A stretch of 26,321 bases of DNA from an uncultured archaeon. GTDB lineage: Archaea; Iainarchaeota; Iainarchaeia; Iainarchaeales; CSSED10-239. This document shows, one piece after another, positions 1 to 8,081 of the stretch (within the stretch, counting starts at the first letter, position 1; every line of letters starts with the position of its first letter). The stretch covers positions 1-26,321 of the forward strand of contig CAZQEL010000013.1 of the NCBI GenBank assembly GCA_964591795.1, read 5' to 3'. Made by a program: the position numbers and the translations under genes. The notes under the pieces were generated by a model. It was not told where the DNA came from. It made no database searches and saw nothing but the letters and a program-made list of their open reading frames with translations.

Positions 1-54
1 ACCTACGACCTATCGGTTAACAGCCGATTGCTCTAACCACTAAGCTACTGAGGC
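1..54 (-). tRNA. tRNA-Asn (anticodon GUU), 5' portion only; the 3' end lies beyond the window edge
   Basis: The reverse complement of 1-54 reads GCCTCAG-TA-GCTT-AGTGGTTA-GAGC-A-ATCGG-CTGTTAA-CCGAT-AGGTC-GTAGG-T. This gives an acceptor strand, a D arm, a 5-bp anticodon stem with loop C-U-GUU-A-A, a variable loop and the start of the T stem. It is a GC-rich island in AT-rich DNA. Confidence 0.85.
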
Positions 55-104
55 AAAAAATAAAATAGTTTGATTTTAAAAAAAAACCAAACCAATTAAA
101 CCAA

Positions 105-1409
105 CTAAGGTTTATACCTCATCATTGTTCTAGGGAAAGGAATAGCGTCTTTAATTGTGTCAGCTTTTATGATATAAGAAATTAATCTTTCAACACCCAT
201 TCCAAAACCAGAATGTGGAACTGAACCATACTTTCTTGTGTCTAAGTAAAATTCATATTGACTAATATCTTCACCATCTTTTTCAAGTCTATCAATTATT
301 TTACTAATATCATCTTCTCTTTCACTAGCACCAATAATTTCACCATATCCTTCTGGACCAATACAATCAAAACCTAAAACAACTCTAGGATCTTTAGGAT
401 CTTCTTTCATATAGAAAGCTTTTACTTCCTTAGGATATCTTGTAACAATTATAAAAGTATCATAAAGTTTTGAAAGCATATCTTCTTCGATTGTTCTTAA
501 GTCCTTACCCCATTCAACCTCAATATCACATTTATCTTTTAAAATTTTTAAAGCATCATCATATGTCATTTTAACAAATGGTTTTGAAACTGCTGTTTCT
601 AAAACTGAAATATCTCTTTTTAATGTAGTTAAATCATCTTTATGGTATTTCAAGACATCGATAATAACATGCTTAATTAAATCTTCAGCATGAACTTGAA
701 GCTCATCAAAATCAACCCAAGCACCTTCCATTTCAGCATGCCAATATTCTGCTAAGTGTCTTGTTGTTTTTGATTTTTCAGCTCTAAAAGAAGGTGCTAA
801 TGTATATATTCTTTCAAGAGAAAAAATTGCTGGTTCTGCATAAAGTTGCCAAGTCTGTGCTAAAAAAACGCCTTTCTTTCCAAAGTAATCTACTTTAAAT
901 ATGCTTGATCCACCTTCACATTGAACTGATTGTAAAACAGGTGACTGATATTCATAATAATCTTTACTTCTAAAATAATCATGAACAGCTCTAAACACAG
1001 TTGATCTTATTTTTAAAATTGCTTGCATTTTTCTAGATCTTAACCACAAATGTCTTACGTCTAAAAGAAATTCTTCAGAAAAATCTTTTGAAATTGGATA
1101 TTTTTCAGAAAGACCTATAATTTTTAAATCTATTATATCAACCTCATAACCTTGAGGTGACCTTTCATCTTTTCTAATAATTCCAGAAACATCAATTGAT
1201 GATTCAATGGTTACTTTTTTTATTTTTTCAAAAAGCTCAGGAGTTACTTTTGATTCGTCGCAAACTAATTGAATTATTCCAGTAACATCTCTTAAGGTTA
1301 TAAAAACTGTGCTTTTTTGATCTCTAATTCTGTGAACCCAACCTCTTAGACAAACATCTCCTTCTTTTTTATCTAAACTTTTTTTAATTGATAAATATTT
1401 TTTTTCCAT
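105..1409 (-). CDS. asnS: asparaginyl-tRNA synthetase (class IIb, archaeal type)
   Basis: 434-aa ORF with an ATG start. AAGGAG lies about 11 nt upstream. Class II motifs are FRAEKSKTTRHLAEYWHAEMEGAW and GSVPHSGFGMGVERL; HSGFG and HL.E.W..E.E are the AsnRS rather than AspRS versions. There is an N-terminal OB anticodon-binding domain. Length and blocks (KAFYMKEDP, PEGYGEIIG) match archaeal AsnRS as I recall it. Confidence 0.88.
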   Translation of the reverse strand: MEKKYLSIKKSLDKKEGDVCLRGWVHRIRDQKSTVFITLRDVTGIIQLVCDESKVTPELFEKIKKVTIESSIDVSGIIRKDERSPQGYEVDIIDLKIIGLSEKYPISKDFSEEFLLDVRHLWLRSRKMQAILKIRSTVFRAVHDYFRSKDYYEYQSPVLQSVQCEGGSSIFKVDYFGKKGVFLAQTWQLYAEPAIFSLERIYTLAPSFRAEKSKTTRHLAEYWHAEMEGAWVDFDELQVHAEDLIKHVIIDVLKYHKDDLTTLKRDISVLETAVSKPFVKMTYDDALKILKDKCDIEVEWGKDLRTIEEDMLSKLYDTFIIVTRYPKEVKAFYMKEDPKDPRVVLGFDCIGPEGYGEIIGASEREDDISKIIDRLEKDGEDISQYEFYLDTRKYGSVPHSGFGMGVERLISYIIKADTIKDAIPFPRTMMRYKP

Positions 1410-1650
1410 AAATTATTTACTCCTTTTAATTATTATTTTTTTCTAATTTAAATTAAAACTACAAATACATTTACATTTTAAAAAACATGTAAATAAAATT
1501 TGTTAAATCGATAAATATAAATTTTTCTCCCTTAAAGGAGATTAAAATTAACTACAGAAAATAGATAAATTTGTGAAAATCTAGTTTTTGATAAAAGTAT
1601 TTTGAAATACATAAATAATTATAAGAAACAAAATATTTATAAATACTTTG

Positions 1651-1671
1651 AAAAAAGAAAAAAAAGAAAAA
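1651..1671 (-). terminator. oligo-T tract directly after the ileS stop codon (candidate archaeal intrinsic termination signal)
   Basis: The minus strand reads TAG then T5-C-T8-C-T6. Archaeal RNA polymerase terminates at oligo-T runs. The call is weak because T runs are common in this AT-rich DNA. Confidence 0.3.
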
Positions 1672-4515
1672 CTAGAAAGAAAAGATAACTTTTCTTTCAA
1701 TTAATGTTATTGCTATGTTAAGATCAATTTCACTTGAAACTACTAAAGTAGTGTTAGTTGTTTCTTCAATCAGTGTTTTATTTTGTTCAATAAAAAAAAC
1801 ATCATCACATGAAATCTTAAGACTTACATTGTCTTTTGGATTTAATGCTTTTTTCTTTCGTTCAGATTGAATTAATCTTGTTAATTCAGATACTTCCCAA
1901 ATGTTTTTATATTTAACATCAACTTCTTTTTTAAGATAAATTGAAATATCCTTATTAACTTCTTTTTTTGTGAATTCAGAAGATTCAAAACTTGTTTTAA
2001 AATTTACTTTTTCAATGTTTGCCATGTCTTCAATTATTTTACTAAAAATACTAAGTTTTGCATTATCTTCACAAACAATAACCATTTCAGGTAAAATCCA
2101 TCTTAATCTTTTCTTTAATTCCTCTCTTAAAGAAAGAGCTGCTTTTACAATCTCTTGAGAAATTTCAAAATCTTTTTCAATTTCAAGATTAATTAAAGAT
2201 TCATTAACTACAGGATTATAAAATAAATGAATTGATTCTTTTGGTTTTTCTGAAAACTTCAAGTACATAAACTCAGTAAAGTGAGGTACAATTGGTGACA
2301 GTAAAACTAAAATCGAAGAAAACACATATGAAATAACATGATTTAAGTCTTTTCTTTTTCTTAAAAGTTTAACATACACACGACTGAAGTCTTCAAGTAA
2401 AAATTTTTCAAGGTCAGTTACAACTTTTGAAAAATTGGTTGCTGTGTAATTTTGATAACATGATTTTAAAAGATTATTAAATTTTGATAAAATCCATTTA
2501 TCTTCAATAATTAAATTTTCTTTTTCTAAATTAAGCTCAGGAGTAAAAACTTGTTTTGAATCATGTAATGAAATAAAATTATATAGATTCTCTAAAAGAT
2601 TCAATGTTCTTTTAACTTCTTTAAATTTTTTATTATCAAGAACTATGTCTTCTCCATTAAATTCCTTTGAAAAATAATATCTATAGTAATCAATTGAAGT
2701 TTGAGAAAATCTTTCAAGTAAAGAAATATCATTTCCTTCTGATTTAGAAAGTTTTCTTTTACTACCATCAAGCACCATACCTGTCATTGAAATTTGTTTA
2801 AACGGTGCTTTATCAAATGCAATTACTGAAGCAATAATTTGTGAATTCCACCAGCCTCTAATTTGATCTGATCCTTCAAGGTTTGCATCAGCTGGCCAAT
2901 ATTTATCAAACAATTCTGTTTTAAATGGATAGCCGATAGACGCCCATGATGCTACTGCTGAATCAAACCAAACATCAAATACTTCTGGAATTCTTTTTAC
3001 TTTTTGACCACAATCACATGTAATTTCTACATTATCAATATATGGTTTATGAATATCCATGTTTAAATCTATATCTGGAGCTTTTTTCTTTAAATCTTCT
3101 AAAGATTCAAATACATGAACTTTTTGACATTTATCACATTTCCAAATAGGAATTGGAATACCCCAATATCTTGCTCTTGAAATTGGCCAATCAGATAAAT
3201 TTTTTAACCAATTTGAAAATCTATCTTTTCCCCAAGATGGAAACCAATTTACATCTTTTTCATTAATTTCTAAAAGTCTTGGTTTTAAATCCTCAACTCT
3301 TAAAAACCATTGAGGTAAAGAAACCATAATTAATGGAAAGTGACATCTCCAACAAGTTGGATAACTATGCTTTACTTTTCTTTTTGCAAGAACACGTCCT
3401 TTTTCAAAAAGATATTTCATTATTTCAATATCAAGTTCTTTAACTTTTTTACCTTTATAAATAGGAATTGTCGAATCATAGGTTCCAGCTATTGTAACAG
3501 GAGAATAGATTGGAAGATTATTTTCTCGTCCTACTTGATAATCTTCACGACCATGACCAGGTGCACAATGAACAAGCCCACTACCATCTTCTAAATTAAC
3601 ATATCTGGAAGATTTAATTATTTTATAAGCGTTATCAGTATACCCTTCTGGAACATCTAACCATTCACCTAAGATTGGTTCATACTCTAGACCAACTAAT
3701 TCTTCACCTAAATATTCTTTTCCTAAAGAATAGTTTTCAAAATTAAATTCTTTAACTAAATTATCAACTAAATCTTTTGCAACAATATATTTTTTATCGT
3801 TGTTTATTAGTTCAACATATGTATATTTTGGATGAACCATAATAGCCATGTTTGCAGGTAAGGTCCAAGGTGTAGTTGTCCAAATAACAAAATAAAGAGA
3901 AGGATCTTTTTTTGATTTTAATGGCACAAAAATAGATACATCAGTTAAATCTTGATATTCAATTTCATTAAATGAAACTGAAGTTTCACATTCAGGACAC
4001 ACATAAATTGGATATTTATCATGAAAAAGTAAATTTTTATCAAAAGCTTTCTTAAAAGTCCACCAAGCTGATTGCATATAACTTTGATCAAGTGTTCTAT
4101 AAGGATGCTCCCAATCCATCCATTGTCCTAAATTATAAATATCTTTTGACATTTCAGAAATATGTTTTATTGCAAATGCATGACATTCTTTTGAAAATTT
4201 TTCAATTCCAAAATTTTCAATATCTTCTTTTGATTTTAATCCATATTTTGCTTGAACTTTTCTTTCAATTGGAACTCCATGAGTATCAAACCCAGGAATA
4301 TCTAATACTTTAAATCCTTCTTGTCTTTTATATCTATAAAGAACATCTTTTAAAATTCTATTCATTGCTGTTCCAAGATGAATTGAACCGGTTGCATATG
4401 GAGGACCATCAATAAAATAATAATGTTTATCAGACTCTCTATTTCTTACTTTTGAAGGAATATTATTTTTTTCCCAAAACTCTTTTATTTCTGTTTCATT
4501 TTGATTTGAAAACAT
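1672..4515 (-). CDS. ileS: isoleucyl-tRNA synthetase
   Basis: 947-aa ORF. It carries FIDGPPYATGSIHLGT (HIGH-type motif), KLSKSEGN (KMSKS motif), WPISRARYWGIPIPIW and Cys-rich zinc motifs (CPECE, CWRCH, CDKC, CDC). AGGTG lies about 9 nt upstream of the ATG. Confidence 0.92.
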   Translation of the reverse strand: MFSNQNETEIKEFWEKNNIPSKVRNRESDKHYYFIDGPPYATGSIHLGTAMNRILKDVLYRYKRQEGFKVLDIPGFDTHGVPIERKVQAKYGLKSKEDIENFGIEKFSKECHAFAIKHISEMSKDIYNLGQWMDWEHPYRTLDQSYMQSAWWTFKKAFDKNLLFHDKYPIYVCPECETSVSFNEIEYQDLTDVSIFVPLKSKKDPSLYFVIWTTTPWTLPANMAIMVHPKYTYVELINNDKKYIVAKDLVDNLVKEFNFENYSLGKEYLGEELVGLEYEPILGEWLDVPEGYTDNAYKIIKSSRYVNLEDGSGLVHCAPGHGREDYQVGRENNLPIYSPVTIAGTYDSTIPIYKGKKVKELDIEIMKYLFEKGRVLAKRKVKHSYPTCWRCHFPLIMVSLPQWFLRVEDLKPRLLEINEKDVNWFPSWGKDRFSNWLKNLSDWPISRARYWGIPIPIWKCDKCQKVHVFESLEDLKKKAPDIDLNMDIHKPYIDNVEITCDCGQKVKRIPEVFDVWFDSAVASWASIGYPFKTELFDKYWPADANLEGSDQIRGWWNSQIIASVIAFDKAPFKQISMTGMVLDGSKRKLSKSEGNDISLLERFSQTSIDYYRYYFSKEFNGEDIVLDNKKFKEVKRTLNLLENLYNFISLHDSKQVFTPELNLEKENLIIEDKWILSKFNNLLKSCYQNYTATNFSKVVTDLEKFLLEDFSRVYVKLLRKRKDLNHVISYVFSSILVLLSPIVPHFTEFMYLKFSEKPKESIHLFYNPVVNESLINLEIEKDFEISQEIVKAALSLREELKKRLRWILPEMVIVCEDNAKLSIFSKIIEDMANIEKVNFKTSFESSEFTKKEVNKDISIYLKKEVDVKYKNIWEVSELTRLIQSERKKKALNPKDNVSLKISCDDVFFIEQNKTLIEETTNTTLVVSSEIDLNIAITLIERKVIFSF

Positions 4516-4701
4516 TTTATCTACACCTACCTTTAAACTTTCTTCTTTTTAGCAAGATTAAAAAAGATACTAAATCAATCTTTGCCTATCAATATATAAT
4601 AGTTATAATTATAGAAATTAAAAATTTTATTAAACTTTGCTTATAATTGTATAATACCATAGATATCTTATAGATGCAAAATATTTATAAAACTATAATA
4701 T

Positions 4702-6018
4702 TTATTTAATTGTAATATCTTCAATTGATGCAATCTTTTTAGTTGTAATTGAGTCATTTGAATCTTTTCCAGAATCATCATCATTATTACCTTTAAGAAT
4801 TTTCATTTGTTGTCTTTCAGTGAAAAAGAACATAAGAGTAGTTGTGATATTTGTTAAAAGAATTACTAAAAAAACAATTGGAAGAATAATTAAAGTATAT
4901 TGATTTTTAAGACCCATAGCTAAAGGATAGGTACCTAAAACAGCAGCTGCAAGTCCTCGTGCATGAAGTGATAAAATATATTTACGATCTTTCTTAATAA
5001 TCTTATCTCCTGAAAATAAATATATTGACATATATCTCGCAATAATTGAAATGATTATTAAACCAACAACTATCAAAATAATATTTAAATTAACTGAAGA
5101 TAAATCTAAAATAATTCCTAAATAAATAAAGAAAAACGCCTTAATAAAAAGACTAATTTCACCTTGAAATTTATATACTTCATTTAAACTAACTACATTA
5201 TCAATACTTAATTTTTTCATTTTAAGCATTTTTAATATTTCATTACTATTACCTAAAACAATACCAAAAATTAAAACACCAAAAGCACCATTTCCTTTTG
5301 CATATTCAATAAGTATATAAATTAAAAACAAAAATGAAAGAGTTAAAAGATAATTAAATTGCTTAGTTACATTAAAATCCCTTAAAACCTTAATCCAAAA
5401 AATTCCAGCAACAGCACCAATTACAGTTGCAATTGCAAATGCAGAAAATAAATTTTGAGTTATAAATTGCATACTTGATTTTTGTGAAACTATAATTTCA
5501 AAAATAGTAATAAACACAATAATACAAAGTGCATCAGTCATTGCAGATTCCAAAGTTATAAGAGTTTTAGTTTCTTCCTTAGAATGAGAAGACATTACAA
5601 GTGGAATAACAACAGCAGAACTAATTCCTCCAACAGCAGACCCAATTAATAAACTATAAAGTATAGGAATTTGAAATACATAATGTAAAAGAACTGAGGA
5701 AAAAATAACAGTAAAAACAAAAACTACAATAGTAAAAAACGTTGCTTTTCCAATATCTTTAATAACTTTAAAAAAATTAAGATGAAGTCCACCTTCAAAA
5801 ATAATAATGATTAAAGCAAGAGCTCCAAAAAAAGAAGACATACTTTTTAAAATTGCAACTTGATTTGCTGTAATTATGTTAAATACAGAACTAATTAAAA
5901 AACCAATAATTAAAAGAATTGAAGTATCTGAAAATCTTGTTTTTTTAAAAAATAAATTACCGAAAAATGCAATGATGAAAATCATTGAAAAAAAAAAAAA
6001 TAATGTGTTTGCTTCCAT
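4702..6018 (-). CDS. monovalent cation/H+ antiporter (CPA1/NhaP-like Na+/H+ exchanger family)
   Basis: Polytopic membrane protein with about 11-13 hydrophobic helices. The exchanger-type block LESAMTDALCIIVF aligns to ESLLNDA of NHE/NhaP. The six-frame ORF extends to 6066 but begins with TTG. The ATG at 6018 (MEANTLFFFF) has AGGAA upstream and is the more likely start. Confidence 0.7.
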   Translation of the reverse strand: MEANTLFFFFSMIFIIAFFGNLFFKKTRFSDTSILLIIGFLISSVFNIITANQVAILKSMSSFFGALALIIIIFEGGLHLNFFKVIKDIGKATFFTIVVFVFTVIFSSVLLHYVFQIPILYSLLIGSAVGGISSAVVIPLVMSSHSKEETKTLITLESAMTDALCIIVFITIFEIIVSQKSSMQFITQNLFSAFAIATVIGAVAGIFWIKVLRDFNVTKQFNYLLTLSFLFLIYILIEYAKGNGAFGVLIFGIVLGNSNEILKMLKMKKLSIDNVVSLNEVYKFQGEISLFIKAFFFIYLGIILDLSSVNLNIILIVVGLIIISIIARYMSIYLFSGDKIIKKDRKYILSLHARGLAAAVLGTYPLAMGLKNQYTLIILPIVFLVILLTNITTTLMFFFTERQQMKILKGNNDDDSGKDSNDSITTKKIASIEDITIK

Positions 6019-6096
6019 AATTAATTTCCTAAATAATATATTAAATATAATATAATATACAAACAAATATATATATTTCTAAAAATAAAACTAAAG

Positions 6097-7467
6097 TTAA
6101 TCTTTAAAAGATTCATATAAATTGTTAATTTTTGAAATAAGTTTATCTTGAAACCTATTATTGTTTGTTTTAAAAACAACCTTATTTTGCTTAAACTTAT
6201 CTAACAAATCAGTTACAATTTCATAGGAATATCCTTTAGAAATAAGAATTGAAGATATCTTATCTTTAGATAAAGTATTCACACTTGGTAGAAAAGTATT
6301 ATACAATTCATTTATTATTTGTCCATAGTCAGATTTAACCTCACGTCTTAAGTGAATTTTATTAATAATATCTTCATTTTGAACTTTTTCAAATGCATTT
6401 GATTTTAATACATCCGAAAATTGCATATGTTTATAATAATCCCAGTCATCAGAATTTATTTTTTCAATAGTTTCTTGAACAATTTTAATTTCAACAATAT
6501 TCTTTTTTAAATTTAAAAGTTCTTGTTCAATATTTTTAATTTCATTATGAAAATCAGTTATTATTTTTATATCTTTTGCAACATCATCAAAATTAGTTTT
6601 TAATTTAGTAGTTGACCAATCTTCTCTTGCTTCCATTATAATTTCTTTAGTTTTATAATCATTAATACCTTTTGAAGCTAATATTTCTATAATATCTTCT
6701 TTTTTCACACCTTTTTTAGTAAGCTCAGTAACAACTGATTTAAGTTTTTTTCGTTTATCGTCTCTAACATTAAATAAATTAGTTAAATTTTCTTCTTTTT
6801 TGTTAATATCTTTTTTATTTTCTAATAATTGTTTTTGATTTATATTTAAAATATTCAAATAGAAACTTGCAGGTAGTTTTGAAGCAATAATACTTTCAAA
6901 ATAAAACATAAAAATTAAAATTAATGAAATTGCTATAGGAAAAAATTTAGTATTTTTAATAACTTCAAAAAAACTTAAATTTGTAAATAAAACATAAACT
7001 ATAATACCTACTAAAAATCCTGCAACTGTAATTAAAAATTTAGTTCTTGTAATTTCTTTTAAAATAGAATAAACTTTTATTGCAAATTCTTTTGAAAAAC
7101 CAATAGTCCTTTGAATTACTTCAATAGATTTTTGTTTTTCTCCAAAATTAAGATTATAAAATATTTCTTTATATCTTGAAATCATTTGTTCAGTGTTTTT
7201 TTCAGTATCACTTAACTCAGAATTAACTATTTTTTTTAATTCATTTTCTGTTCTACTTATTATAGAATAAATTTTCATAGTTATTTTTGGAGAAAAAACT
7301 CCTAAAAAGAATAGACCAACTAAAATTATAAATGATATATTAAAAGGAAAACTACTATTAATTCCAAAAAAATCAAAAAAATACAATACAGCAAACAACA
7401 ATGATGAAAAAAGAACACTTAAAATCCAGAAAAAAACTCTACTTTCAAGTTTATATGTGTAGGCCAT
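6097..7467 (-). CDS. hypothetical membrane protein with 2+2 TM helices, a long coiled-coil region and a conserved C-terminal domain (paralogue A)
   Basis: 456-aa ORF with an ATG start. It has two hydrophobic hairpins (about aa 10-60 and 143-195) and K/E/N-rich heptad-like sequence at about aa 200-380. It is collinear in similarity with the product of 19610-21010. Confidence 0.8.
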   Translation of the reverse strand: MAYTYKLESRVFFWILSVLFSSLLFAVLYFFDFFGINSSFPFNISFIILVGLFFLGVFSPKITMKIYSIISRTENELKKIVNSELSDTEKNTEQMISRYKEIFYNLNFGEKQKSIEVIQRTIGFSKEFAIKVYSILKEITRTKFLITVAGFLVGIIVYVLFTNLSFFEVIKNTKFFPIAISLILIFMFYFESIIASKLPASFYLNILNINQKQLLENKKDINKKEENLTNLFNVRDDKRKKLKSVVTELTKKGVKKEDIIEILASKGINDYKTKEIIMEAREDWSTTKLKTNFDDVAKDIKIITDFHNEIKNIEQELLNLKKNIVEIKIVQETIEKINSDDWDYYKHMQFSDVLKSNAFEKVQNEDIINKIHLRREVKSDYGQIINELYNTFLPSVNTLSKDKISSILISKGYSYEIVTDLLDKFKQNKVVFKTNNNRFQDKLISKINNLYESFKD

Positions 7468-7476
7468 GTATATCAG

Positions 7477-7493
7477 ATATATATATATATATA
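7477..7493. repeat. (AT)n dinucleotide microsatellite, 17 nt, just upstream of the paralogue A start codon
   Basis: Direct reading gives atatatatatatatata, located 10-26 nt upstream of the ATG at 7467. Confidence 0.9.
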
Positions 7494-7543
7494 GAATTTA
7501 TAAAGCTTTATATTTTATTTAAAAATAAAATTTAAAAATTAGG

Positions 7544-7618
7544 TGGGAGTAACAGGATTTGAACCTGCGACCTTTGGTGTATAAGACCAATGCTCTAACC
7601 AGACTAAGCTACACTCCC
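7544..7618 (-). tRNA. tRNA-Ile (anticodon UAU)
   Basis: The reverse complement reads GGGAGTG-TA-GCTT-AGTCTGGTTA-GAGC-A-TTGGT-CTTATAC-ACCAA-AGGTC-GCAGG-TTCAAAT-CCTGT-TACTCCC-A. It forms a full cloverleaf of 75 nt with no encoded CCA. The acceptor, D and T arms are nearly identical to the tRNA-Ile(GAU) at 10538-10612. Confidence 0.88.
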
Positions 7619-7637
7619 TTCTTTTTTTAAAAAAAAA

Positions 7638-7982
7638 TTATTCAATAATTTCTTTTGAAACTTTATTTTCAGTATTAACTTCAATATCATTAGATTCTTC
7701 TTTAAATTCTCCAAATCTGCCAAGATTTAATCTCAATGATTTTTTAAATTCAGAAGAATAAAGATTTTTAAAAGAATAAACTTTATTTTCTAAAATATTA
7801 TCAATAGCAGCATCCCATAAAGTTAAATAAATGGTGCCAGAATCATCTCCAATTAAAGCTTCACAAACCTTATGCTCAATATCATCTAATCTAGAAATAA
7901 CTTTTCGAAAAGGAGTTTTGTCTACAACTTTACATAAAAGGTCTATTTTTTTTTGAAATTGTTTAACTTCTTTTACTTTCAT
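7638..7982 (-). CDS. single-OB-fold ssDNA-binding protein (SSB/RPA-like, NABP/SOSS-B-like)
   Basis: The block HKVCEALIGDDSGTIYLTLWDAAIDNILENKVYSFKNLYSSEFKKSLRLNLGRFGEF aligns by eye with the OB core of archaeal SSB and human NABP2 ([22 protein letters not shown]...LTLYTGRGGDL). The six-frame ORF starts at a TTG at 7994, so I prefer the ATG at 7982. Confidence 0.6.
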   Translation of the reverse strand: MKVKEVKQFQKKIDLLCKVVDKTPFRKVISRLDDIEHKVCEALIGDDSGTIYLTLWDAAIDNILENKVYSFKNLYSSEFKKSLRLNLGRFGEFKEESNDIEVNTENKVSKEIIE

Positions 7983-8081
7983 AAATTTTTCCAATTTTTT
8001 AACAATAACTTATAAATTAAATTAAGTTATTAAATATTTATTAAATAAAAGTGTTTATATATTTTTCCTTTTTAAACTAAA

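Noticed and set aside
1526-1541. Small palindrome TCTCC-cttaaa-GGAGA, plus a 7-bp AT-only inverted repeat nearby (TTTACAT...ATGTAAA), in the 262-bp asnS-ileS spacer; considered as an ncRNA or terminator
   Set aside because: The stems are only 5-7 bp. There is no adjacent T tract on the transcribed strand and no C/D-box or other RNA signature. Such stems are expected by chance. The spacer is more simply the asnS promoter plus the ileS oligo-T terminator.
1970-4646. Plus-strand ORFs 1970-2158, 3340-3594, 4092-4313 and 4452-4646, lying antisense to or at the edge of ileS
   Set aside because: Three lie entirely inside a strongly supported IleRS gene on the other strand, and one spans its start. 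Their translations are low-complexity F/L/I/K/N strings with no motifs, as expected from the antisense of AT-rich coding DNA.
6019-6066. N-terminal extensions in the six-frame track: antiporter to 6066, SSB to 7994, thermosome to 9713, acidic ORF to 10504, GT2 to 24380
   Set aside because: Each extension begins at TTG or GTG. A nearby in-frame ATG, which in most cases has an upstream SD-like motif, gives a more conventional start. The extensions add only 3-16 residues of non-conserved sequence.
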